DNA of 63,948 bases, the filler included, from Folioceros fuciformis (taxonomy: Eukaryota), in assembly GCA_049999805.1 (NCBI GenBank). It is 9 parts of 9 records of this genome, joined end to end, with 100 filler letters (N's around TTAATTAATTAA, not from the genome) between each part and the next. Parts side by side here need not be neighbours in the genome. Positions count along the whole stretch, not along the records: positions 1 to 16,105 come from JBNGIO010003087.1; positions 16,206 to 20,801 come from JBNGIO010003090.1; positions 20,902 to 26,799 come from JBNGIO010003091.1; 6 more parts are not named here. One strand, written 5' to 3'. The position numbers were made by a program, and so were the translations under genes. The notes under the pieces are model-generated. The model made no database searches. It had not been told where the DNA came from and saw only the letters and a program-made list of their open reading frames with translations. Below are positions 12,010-21,999 of the stretch, one piece after another (the stretch's first letter is position 1; each line of letters starts with the position of its first letter).

Positions 12010-12710
12010 CATATGACGATATCCAAATGAGGACAGTCCCATGGACATAGGAGGAGACCACCAACCGTGAACATGTATGTCGTTGGGGAGTTTCGGCCGC
12101 ATACGTCTGACCAAGCTCTGCGTTCTCCGTCGGATTCATGATTCCCTGCAAGTGAGCACCAAGGGTTGACAATCTAGCCCTAGGCGTGCTTGCAGTTCCT
12201 CGTTATACACAAGCCTCGGCCCAGAGTGCCATGGCCAGCAGGCTGACGTAGAATCATACGAGGAACTGGATAAGCAAACATCAAGATGAAGTACGAGAAG
12301 CAGTCCACCTTAAGCCAGATTCGTGCTGGAGCAAACCTCTTGGACTCGTGTCCACCTCTCCTTGCAGTGCGCACGAACCACCTAGCGCTCGCTTGGGCGT
12401 AAGACTCTATGTATGCTCCGTCATTGCCTTCTTCAAATTGAAACTTATGATTATGGTCACGAACGCCTGGAGAAGCTGGACAGTCAGTCGAAGACTGCTC
12501 GCATTCTCTGACACTCTGATCTCATGGCACAGTTCCTACACTGTACACTTATCATCGGAGACTGGATCGTGGTGGGGTCTGCGTCTCTGTCTACTCGGCA
12601 ACGAGTGACTTTAAATTTAAACTCTGAGACCCTCCCTGCACTAGAGATCCGTGCCCCTGGAGAAGCTGGACAGTCAGTCGAAGACTACTCGCATTCTCTT
12701 TCACTCTGAG
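12010..12710 (-). pseudogene. KOW-family copy C (5' exons only, duplicated start segment), fused upstream of the TAF4 relic
   Basis: gagaatgcgag.agtcttcgactgactgtccagcttctccag (ENASSLRLTVQLL) occurs twice, at ~12470 and ~12660. Intron 1 (gtggactgc..gattctacg) matches copy D. Confidence 0.55.
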
Positions 12711-13289
12711 CTTCTCATTCCACGGTTCCGACACACATAACTCATCATCGGAGGCTGGATCATACTCTGGGCGGGTCTGGATCTCTCCTCTCTAGCTTTG
12801 GCAGGCTTTATCTGCCCCTCGAATTGCTCCGGGTGATCTGTACGGGCCTGATCCTTCCGCAAAGTTCTGTACAATGCTAGGTTCTCTAAACAGAAAGTTA
12901 ATGGATCAGATCTAATTGGAGTCGAAACCTGCTCGGATGGGGTGTGCTGTAAGGGCTGTTACAATTATGCAACTTGAGGATGGCAAGCAGAAAAAATTCC
13001 ACCTCCTGTCGAGCGTGTGCGAAATTAGGGTACTCAAGTGGTTGAGAGCGCACTCGTTAACATCAATTTGGGAAGATTTTCTCTAATGGTGTTTGGAGCT
13101 CGACAAACCATGACACCCAATTAGGATACGATGTTGAACAAACGAAGCGGCAGGAAGAGCCAAGTTTGTATTGAATGAAATCAATGATCGTTTCGAATGA
13201 AAATATAGGTACTGTGTAAAGCTTGGTGGCAAACGGTGCAAAATCCGCTTATCAGGCGCCAAAGATTTCTGTGGAAATCGGTCATCGAG

Positions 13290-14200
13290 ATGTTCTTGTG
13301 TTATCCGGGCAGTGTCCCTCGCCGTTATCCTGACAACCGGCATGTGATTCCTGTTCGCACCTACAACGGCATCCATACTTACATACGCGTCAAGCTCTCA
13401 TGGATCCAAGAGGCCGAGGGCCAAAACAGTTCCCGTTCGGCCTCGAAAGAATCACAGCCTTGTCGCTGCGGCTAGCAGGCTGTAGGATGACCAGAGCGCT
13501 GTCGTGGCGTTCTTGAAGCGCATTCCGTGGGAAAGCCTAGCGCTTGCGCAACAGCTCATCCAGATGTTTCCGAGTGCCGCGGAACACAATGCACTGACCA
13601 GACTGCATTCACTGATCCAGCCAGTGCAAGCAATATCACTGCATGCAGTCACATTCGACCAATCCCTCTCCAACAAGATCTTGAACCGCATGCATGGAAT
13701 GTGAACCGACTTACGTGAGGATGCACTGCAAAGAGAACTCCTGTAGCGGGCAACCTCTCGTCATGGGACGGGTCTTGGGACGGAACTACGTTTCCAACGA
13801 GCAACCGAAGACCTACATATCTCCGGGAGGAACCCGAGGCCGCGGGTTGAATTCATGATCGTAATGGCGTAAGGTAAAATTCGCGCTGTATCCTGCAGTG
13901 CATGCAAACGCAGTAAGCATCCACTGCCGATTACCCTAAACGTTACCACCATGACCAGCAGGACGCGTAGAATCACGCCAGAAAGAAACAACTTGTAGCA
14001 GACATCAAGATAGAGCAGCAGTCCACCTAACCCCATTCTCGCGCATGCCGGACGAACTTGGAGCCGTATCCGCTCCACCTCGCAGGTGAGCGGTGTGGCG
14101 CAGGACGTCGGCCTTGGCGCTCCATCTTGCGCCTTCTTACACTCAGGTCATGGACGCCAAAGAAGCTGAACAGCCCGGAGTGAACTCCTCGCATTCTCGC
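13290..14200 (-). pseudogene. KOW-family copy D, with in-frame stops
   Basis: ENARSSLRAVQLL start segment; shared intron 1; cctcac|gtaagt donor at the H-P-H position; FFRGRTGTVLALG..AYVSMDAVVGANRNH matches copy B (VYVVLDVVGANRNN). Confidence 0.55.
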
Positions 14201-15452
14201 AGAGGGCTCCTCATGTTTTCGGACATTTCCCCAAGTCCTGGCGCCTGGCACGCATGGTTGATTCTGGATGTTTCGGGAATGCTTCAGGGTTGCGGCCTTC
14301 GCAAATGCTTGAGAGGTTTCGCCCTCGTGAATGCCTTAGTCCATCTTCAACGAAAATACATCCAATCTGAAATTGGCTCGTGTGCTCGATTTAACACCTG
14401 TAGGCCCCAAGGTTAGCCTGTACAAGGTTGATCTCGTTTTGTGTAGTTTGAACTTAAAATTATGTTTTCATGTTTTCTTTCAGTTTATATTACATACTCA
14501 ATTTTTCTTGGTAAGTCTATGGCATACCAAACCGAACAAAGGGGAGGGTGCACTATTTTGCGGTTTTCACCTCGGGTATCTAAGGGAATATACCCCAAGA
14601 TGCCGGTTTTTGCAAACGGTTTGGGCATCGTTCCAAAGCAGACTTTTTCCCACACTGGACACTCATATCTCTCTAGAGTTTTTTCTTAGAAACAATTCTC
14701 ATTTTACATTCATCATCATTCACCATTCATTCTATGGGTTAGGGTTTGCTCATTTAGGGTTTTTTCAGGTTCCTCAACACACGCAAAAGGCCTCAGAACA
14801 GCCAAGCTCGGCCATCATGCATTGCGGCGATCATTGCCTCAATTGTAACTACATTTTGGATTGAGCCTAAGCCATGGCCACATCTCTCACACACAACGAA
14901 CAACAGAACCGTAACCATTACTTCAGAAACCAAGCAAAGCCATGTTCCTTATGAGAAAGTTGTTTAAAAAACCAACCAAAGCTTGGTATTTTTTCTACCA
15001 CTGTCCACAAATTCCTCACAGCCAAGGTGATGCATTCTTCCAACACACCAAAATGGTCCTCAGCCCTGTGAATCAATCAAGATACCTACTTCCATAGTCC
15101 TCAACCCGCGTGCATCTACCACACAACATCCAAGAAGGGGCCTCAGCTGTCGAGCTTAAGTTCTGCTAGCTACAACAAAGGGTCACTACATGAATCACGA
15201 TAACTACAGGAATACAAAGTGAGTGTAGGCCACGAGTGGGCTCGTTGAACTGCATTGGTAAAAGTGTGTGTAGGCTATGAGGGATAGGATGGTAGCATGT
15301 CTGAGTTGTGAGTGAGATGCACTGTGCAGAACATTGTGAGACGTGAGTGAGATGCACTAAGGGGAATAATGTGAACGGCTGCTTGTACTGTGAACAGTGT
15401 AAACTGCTTATACTGCAAACGGTGTGAAACCTAAGCTATGGTGAGCAAAATG

Positions 15453-15708
15453 TGTTAGAAGACTTGTAACCTCGTTTTATCTAGTTCATGCTTATAGCCG
15501 AACCCTTTAATACTTAGGTTAATGTCGAGATTTGAACCGTGCCCTAGATAGACGGGGACACGATTACCAACGGCTAATAACTGTTGTAACTTCACGCGGC
15601 ACACAAGTCGCCTCGCGCAACGCGCATAACATTATTCTATTCCTTGTCGCACTCTCTTGCGAGCATCTAGTCTCTACTCGATCCTATAAAACAACATGGT
15701 ATCAGAGC
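15453..15708 (+). mobile_element. Short (~244 bp) LTR followed by a tRNA-iMet primer-binding site
   Basis: TGTTAG..AACA (15453-15696) immediately followed by TGGTATCAGAGC (15697-15708). The left LTR boundary is inferred. Confidence 0.7.
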
Positions 15709-16105
15709 CTTGTTGATTGCGTGCGCCGATCGGGATGCATCCCGATCTCCGATTGGCATGGAGACGCAGTACAAGGACCTGATTCAAGAAGCGAATAAAA
15801 AATGTCACACAGTGCATCAATGCCTCAAAGAAGGAGCCGACAGTCAGCGCATCACATTGTCCATCACTCACAGCGCCCCTTTCATTTGCACACTCTTGAA
15901 TCCTCACGCAGTAGAGGATGTTGTCATGCACCAACACACAGAGTTGTTAGTCCATCACCACCTCTACACCGTTGCAACAATTGTGGATCAAGAAGCACAA
16001 GTCTCTCAAATTACCCTGCACCGAAGATTCCAACACTCAATCCCTCATCCACTCGCTATCTTTCTATTGTAGAACTCAACTACCAGAACTAGTAGCTTCG
16101 GCCAC

Positions 16106-16205
16106 NNNNNNNNNNNNNNNNNNNNNNNNNNNNNNNNNNNNNNNNNNNNTTAATTAATTAANNNNNNNNNNNNNNNNNNNNNNNNNNNNNNNNNNNNNNN
16201 NNNNN
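16106..16205. other. Assembly gap with TTAATTAATTAA linker (same at ~20802, 26800, 32827, 50180, 54220, 58963, 60269)
   Basis: N-runs flank an identical 12-mer with stops in all six frames. Confidence 0.95.
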
Positions 16206-16590
16206 GTGGATTGAGAGGAGGGGAAGGTGTGGATGGTGGCTTGAGAGTAGAGGAAGGGGAGGTGGTTCTTCAAGGTGGGGATCCGGCATCAAGTTTGGTT
16301 TGGTGAGTTGACCACATGCAGGGTTGTGGAGGTGTGCCTTGAAGGTGAGGTCGCCTTGACAGCAGCCACTAGTGTAGTATAAAACGCTCCAGAAAAACCT
16401 CTTGAAGGATCCCCAGGAGAAAAATGATCCTGAAAATTATCATAAAATATGCCAGAAAAACCCTTGAAGAAAGCCGTGGTAGAATAGAGAGTGCTTGACC
16501 AAAACACCTTATCTAAGCGAAAAGGCTTCTTTTATCACATCATACAATAAGTTTTGCTATAATAAAAAGTATTTACATTTGTGTGCCACA

Positions 16591-16661
16591 GCGCAGCTGG
16601 TGTAGTGGTATCATAGTACCCTCCCACGGTACTGACCGGGGTTCGATTCCCCGGCTGCGCA
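16591..16661 (+). tRNA. trnG-CCC: tRNA-Gly(CCC)
   Basis: GCGCAGC..GCTGCGC-A acceptor stem, TGGTGTAGTGG A-box, GTACC-CT-CCC-AC-GGTAC anticodon arm, GGTTCGATTCC B-box. Confidence 0.95.
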
Positions 16662-16709
16662 AAATGTGGTAACACAGATGTTCTCACACTGGATATGGTT
16701 TTACCGTAA

Positions 16710-16900
16710 AGCCTTGGTCAATTTTCAGGACATGTATTTTTACAGGCCTTGTTTCTTACGCTTTGGTCAATTTTCAGGACGTCGGGGATTTTCACAGGCC
16801 TTGTGTCTTACACTTTGGTCACTTTACAAGACGTCGAAGACTTTCACAGGCCTTGTTTCTTACACTTTGGTCAATCCACAGGCTTTGTTTCCCAGGACGT
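16710..16900. repeat. ~52-bp degenerate tandem repeat, ~3.5 units
   Basis: gccttgtttcttac.ctttggtcaa..caggac..ttcacag repeated. Confidence 0.75.
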
Positions 16901-16970
16901 TGGGTTGCTACGTTCATCGATTGAGTTGTGTCCAGTGAAGTGAGTTTTGTGCCGGTGTGTGGATGCAGCC

Positions 16971-18176
16971 ATGCCCTGGGCGATCTGCCCGCGCTGGGTG
17001 CTGCCCTTTGCCACCACCGAGGTTAGATCAAGCAGGCTGCTGGTGTTGTGCCCTTGGGATCGGTCCAAGGCTGTCACCACTGTAAGACGTTGTGACAGGA
17101 ACGGAAAGTTTTGCAGAATCGTCAGGCATCGCGCCCGAACTGTAGGCACACCTCATAACCTTGGGGAGGAGGAGAGGTTGCTGGAGGATTCGCTGCTTCT
17201 GGATGACGATGTCGAAATGCTGGTGAAGGTGAGGAGCAGGTACAACTTGATTCGAGTGTACGAGGTGGCTCGTAGAGCAGACCATGCGCTGGCTGGGGCT
17301 CGGCTCCTTCTTCTGGACAAGCCCGGAAACATCCACAGCGTCTACTACAAGTACAGGGTCCTCACGGATTCCTACTACGATATGTTCGGTGTGCTGCCTC
17401 CCATCATCCCGGAGGGACCTGTTGGGATTTTAGGGCTTGGAGCGGGTACGGCCGCTCGCATTCTGCGACATTTCTGGCCCTGGATTGAGATTCATGGCTG
17501 GGAGATTGACAGTGCCGTCATTAATGTGGCTAGGCAGTTGTTCGGTTTGTCGGAGCTAGAGGATGGTTACGGTGCGAGGCAGGGGCTGGGACAAGGACAG
17601 GGAGAGGGACAGTCCTGCTTCTCAAGTTTGGAAGCGGAGGAGGAGATCGACGGATTTCTCTCCTGTGATGGTGAAAACGGGAGGGGTGGTAGGAGGGGGC
17701 CGCAAGGGACAGGCAAAGGGAGGCTGTTTGTACACCAAGGAGATGCTTTGCATCCGCAGGCCACAGTAGAGGGCGGCTTTTCTGGTCTCGTGGTTGACCT
17801 GTTTGCAGCGGGGGCAGTCATTCCAGCGCTTCAGCAGAGCAGCACGTGGTTTGGGCTGAAGCAAAAGCTGAGGCCCGGGGGTCGTGTCATGGTGAACTGC
17901 GGAGGAAGTTGCGTTGAAGCAGAAGGTGCGGGAGGTAAGAATGGCGCTATTACCATGCTGGAAACGCTTGCAGCTCTCGCCAGCGTGTTTCCAGGTGAGC
18001 TGCATTGCAAAACTCTTGGGAACAACACAGGAGACAGATCCATGGACAACTGCGTGGCCGTCACAGGCCCGTTTCCTGATCTGCAAAAATGGAAGCAGGA
18101 CGTGCCCGAAAGTTTGTGGGGAGGATTACGAGGATGGAGAACGGTTACTGCAGACGATCTCCTCCTGCTGCATTAG
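16971..18176 (+). CDS. Intronless class I SAM-dependent methyltransferase (spermidine/spermine synthase-like), probable organellar transit peptide
   Basis: Open frame of ~400 aa. Motif I ILGLGAGTAA, GWEID, GDA, LVVDLF and LRPGGRVMVN. Confidence 0.85.
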   Translation: MPWAICPRWVLPFATTEVRSSRLLVLCPWDRSKAVTTVRRCDRNGKFCRIVRHRARTVGTPHNLGEEERLLEDSLLLDDDVEMLVKVRSRYNLIRVYEVARRADHALAGARLLLLDKPGNIHSVYYKYRVLTDSYYDMFGVLPPIIPEGPVGILGLGAGTAARILRHFWPWIEIHGWEIDSAVINVARQLFGLSELEDGYGARQGLGQGQGEGQSCFSSLEAEEEIDGFLSCDGENGRGGRRGPQGTGKGRLFVHQGDALHPQATVEGGFSGLVVDLFAAGAVIPALQQSSTWFGLKQKLRPGGRVMVNCGGSCVEAEGAGGKNGAITMLETLAALASVFPGELHCKTLGNNTGDRSMDNCVAVTGPFPDLQKWKQDVPESLWGGLRGWRTVTADDLLLLH

Positions 18177-18810
18177 GATATTCCACTCTTTCGAGGAGAA
18201 TTCCTATGCTTCTTCACTCTTCCACCACCAGGGAAGCTGACCAGCGCTCGCAGTCAACAGCTCCTCCTAGCCACACTCGAAAGCGTTATCCCGTGCTTTG
18301 GTGGCGGTAACTACTTGCTCCCAAACTTAAATACATGAAGTTCAGGAAGAGTCGCTTCAAAATGCACACTACCAGGCGGTCTTTTCGCGAGTAACCTTCG
18401 TTCCGTGTCGTGGCCCGCTTGTCTACAGAGAGCTGAGCCAGACATAATTGTGTGAGTGGGATCCCCTCGATTACCTCTCGATTCGGGAACACCAGTGGCT
18501 TTATGCTTAGCACAAACCCTAATTTTCAAATTCCAACGGCTCTGCCGGGGTTGGAACGCGACATAACCCGGGGCTCGTACTCTGCCTGCCGCGGGGTTTC
18601 CTCCGGGAATCTTTGTCCCGTCTCATCTCATGACCTCGGCTGAGCTTTGCCCTGCCTGGCTCCTCGGGAATTGGAAGGCGTCGTAGCCCGAGGTTTGGAG
18701 GTGGATCGGGCTAGGGTTTGCAGCTTACATGGCGTGCCAGTTTTGAGGACGGGTTTGGTGTTGCCGGAAGTGGGGAGCTGCGGAAATCGCTGGATTGAGG
18801 GAGGACATGC

Positions 18811-20801
18811 ATGGCATTTCGGCGACGGAAATGCGCACGCAGGCGGCAGGGATCAAGGGCGTCACCGGAGTCTGAAATTGGAGTGGTAGTGCCTGCTGCA
18901 GGGAGGATGGAGCAGGGGTTGGAGGAGGCTACCGAGGGTGCTGTGTCTCGAGTTGGAAGCAGTACGGCGGAAGGAGGGAGATGGAGCGGATCCCTGCCGG
19001 ATGATGCCGCTGCCGGGGCCGCTGGATGCTTGCCTGGGGTGTGCTCTGCGCGCGTGCTCGCAGAGCGGTCTGGAATCATTCGCGGGCCATTGCAAGATGG
19101 CGTGACTGATGACCAGCTTAGAATTGGTGCTGGCGGGGCAGCTCCCTCCGCAGGGGATTTTGATTCGGAGCAGTCGCCGTCTGTGGTGTTGCGCCGGAGC
19201 TCTTTGACGGGGAAAGCTGGAGACCTGAGTCCCGGGTTTCAATCTGCCGCAGCATTGGCCGGGTGGGACTATGAAGCTCTGCTGCAGGCAGCCTTAGGTG
19301 AGGATGAAATTACGCCGGTGGCTCAGAGAACGCCGCAACCGGTTCACAGGACTCCGGAACCGGTTCAGAGACACGCTGGTCACGTAGTTGCTTGTGGCTG
19401 CGGGCTCTGTCCTTCTTGCACTGACAGAAAGCGTGCTGTGAGGACCCCGAGCCATGCGAGCACTCCTGCCAGCGCAAATAGGAGGTATCACTCTTCTAAT
19501 TCACTCTGGAGTTTTTGAACATGAGGAGTGCTGGTGTCAGATGATATTGTGACAGTTTGTGTGTGTGTGCGCGCGTGTGTGTTCAGGCACAGGAGGCACC
19601 GAACGCAGATCATCGAGCAAAGCTTCGTGGATCTCCCTCCGATTGGGCTGTTAAATCTCTGTCCAGAAACTTCTATAGATGAAGGGGTAACCACCAACAA
19701 TGGTGAACGTAGTCAGCCCCAATCCGAGAGTAGTCCGTCTTTAGGAAATGATGGAATCCGAGGTCTGTATATGAATTTCCGACTTCTACCTCCATCTGTC
19801 TCGTGCATTGCAGTTTGCCTTCGTTTGACGCGGTGTGTCTTCGTTGCAGAGCCTATGCTGCAAAACGATTTACTTCCGGATAAGGAAAACGAGTTTTCAG
19901 CAATGAATCCTGACCCTGGAAGTTGCAACACTGCAAAGCCATCCGATGACAATAAGAAGCAGGTCTCAGGCCAGTTGGCTTGCCTGGATCAGTTGAGGGA
20001 CGAGCTATCCTGCGCCGTAAGCACATGGCTCAGAATGACTGCAGGAACCTCAGGAGGTTGCTGCTACTACTTAGAGATAAAACTTTCGGCAGCACTGCTA
20101 TTCGTCCCTCCATGAATCAATCGGTTTGTCACCAACTGTCTTTTGTTTGTTTTCAGGTCTGCTTAGAAATTTGCTTCGAGCCCTCGACCACGTCTTGTGG
20201 ACACAGGTATAGGGTGACTTGTTGCTGCGACTGTTCGAACTGCGTTGGTTGGCCAACTGGCGCTTGTTGTGCTTTCTGACACTTTGCCACTATCCACGTG
20301 CAGCTTCTGCAGGAGCTGTTTGGCGTCCTCCCTTGACCGGTGCGGGCCTCGTTGCCCTAAGTGTCGGCAGTTCTTGCGGTATGGTCCTCGCAGTCGAAGT
20401 TATTGCCGGTATGATGAACAGTGATGGACAGTGAGCTTCACTGACATCCCCATGTCCGCTCCACCGCTCTCTTGCAGGGAGGACGTGAAAGTCTGCCCCC
20501 TGAACACCACCTTATGGAATACCATTCAACTCCTGTTCCCCAGTGAAACCAGCGCCAAGCAACAGGAACGGAGTAGAAGACCGACGCCCGTGGACACAGG
20601 AAGCACAAGTCGGCCAGCGTCTAGCCAAGGATTAACCCATTCCGACCACTTCTTGTCCACGGTCGCGTCGAGAGCAGTCAGAAATGGCCCTTGGCGCAAC
20701 CCTGCTCCTCCTCTCCGGCCACCTCCCCCACCACCCCCGGCATTCTTACCGCCTCTGACCACGACCTCCCTCTCCTCCCGATCCCGCTCCGTTCCAATGA
20801 G
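18811..20801 (+). CDS. RING-HC (C3HC4) zinc-finger E3 ligase, multi-exon, 3' end lost in a gap
   Basis: Spliced LRDELSCA|VCLEICFEPSTTSCGH|SFCRSCLASSLDRCGPRCPKCRQFL|..CPLNTTLWNTIQLLFP. Confidence 0.85.
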
Positions 20802-21236
20802 NNNNNNNNNNNNNNNNNNNNNNNNNNNNNNNNNNNNNNNNNNNNTTAATTAATTAANNNNNNNNNNNNNNNNNNNNNNNNNNNNNNNNNNNNNNNNNNN
20901 NCGCAGATCTTTGAAGATCGGACATCCTCCGAAGTCTGTGGATAGTCTAAGAGGTGGTAGATCCTTGTGGTGGTAGGGCCAGAAGCTCATTGGTGGCAGG
21001 TTGTGCTAGAAGTCTAAATAAGTGGCTGGTGACAGCCGGATAGGCTATTAAAATAATATTTCTCAAGTTAGAGAGAGGTGAAGTCAGAGAGAGAGAGAGG
21101 CTCCTATAAGATCAGGTGAGCCTGTAGGAAGGAGGAGTCATTCACTTTTGGGAGTCAGTCTATCTCTTTGTGAGCTCTTGGAGGTCCTCTCTTCTTGAGC
21201 TCTTGTGGTCTGTCCCTGCTTGGTTTAGGACCTATA

Positions 21237-21395
21237 GTGTGTTGCCGGCTGTGCAACGTCTGGTAGGATCGCAAGCCGTGTGTTGCCGGCTGTACAGTGT
21301 CTGGTAGGATCGCAGGCAGCGTGTTGCCGGCTGTACAGTGTCTGGTAGGATCGCGGGCAGCGTGTTGCCGGTTGTGTAGTGTCTGGTAGGATCAC
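21237..21395. repeat. 41-bp tandem repeat (~4 units) in a probable LTR-element-derived segment
   Basis: Unit gtgttgccggctgtacagtgtctggtaggatcgc.ggcagc. Confidence 0.8.
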
Positions 21396-21999
21396 AAGGT
21401 GTAATGACCAAGGTGTAGGGGCTTGCCCCTAGCTCTTGATTGTAAAGGGTGTGTCTTTCTCTCAACCTGTCCACTCTTGTTCCTTGCTTGGTCAAGTGCT
21501 GTAGGCCGGCCATGTCTCATGGCGTCTGGTAAGGTTGTGGGGAGGAGATACCCAAGAGGGGAGTGTGTTCCCTTCTTCCTTTTGTTTGGGGTTAGTTTAG
21601 TGACTCTTGCCGGGTAGGAGGAGTCCGTAGGGAAGTGTACAAGGTAGTGGTGTCGTTGCTGGTTGCTGGTAGTTGTTGGTGTTGGTGCTGGACCGAGAGA
21701 GTGAGTGAAGGAAGTCGCAGATCTGAGAGGTTAGAGTCGTTGTAGTGACTGGAGTGAGTTTGTGGGCACCGAGAGAGGTGCAGCTGACCGCCGGACAGCG
21801 AGACCTGTCCTACGCCTGATCGGAGCTGGAGGGGAGCCCTCGAATCCGTCATCGAGTCGATCAAGTCCGACCCTCCATCCACAGCAGCAAGGAACCCCAT
21901 CGCTCCTTCGTGGGAACGAAACCCAATGTCTCAACGACAGTGGGATAAGTGTGGCCACTAAAGGTGGAACCCGTCGACAATCAGTGCCCGGGGTTTTGC

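Noticed and set aside
16106-16205. Recurrent TTAATTAATTAA palindrome (8 sites)
   Set aside because: Always embedded in N-runs, so it is a scaffolding linker. ORFs ending in X..LIN or X..N are artefacts.
17622-18086. Antisense ORFs over the methyltransferase (likewise over the RING, GH127, UBN and Copia genes)
   Set aside because: These are shadow frames of GC-rich coding sequence with no independent motifs.
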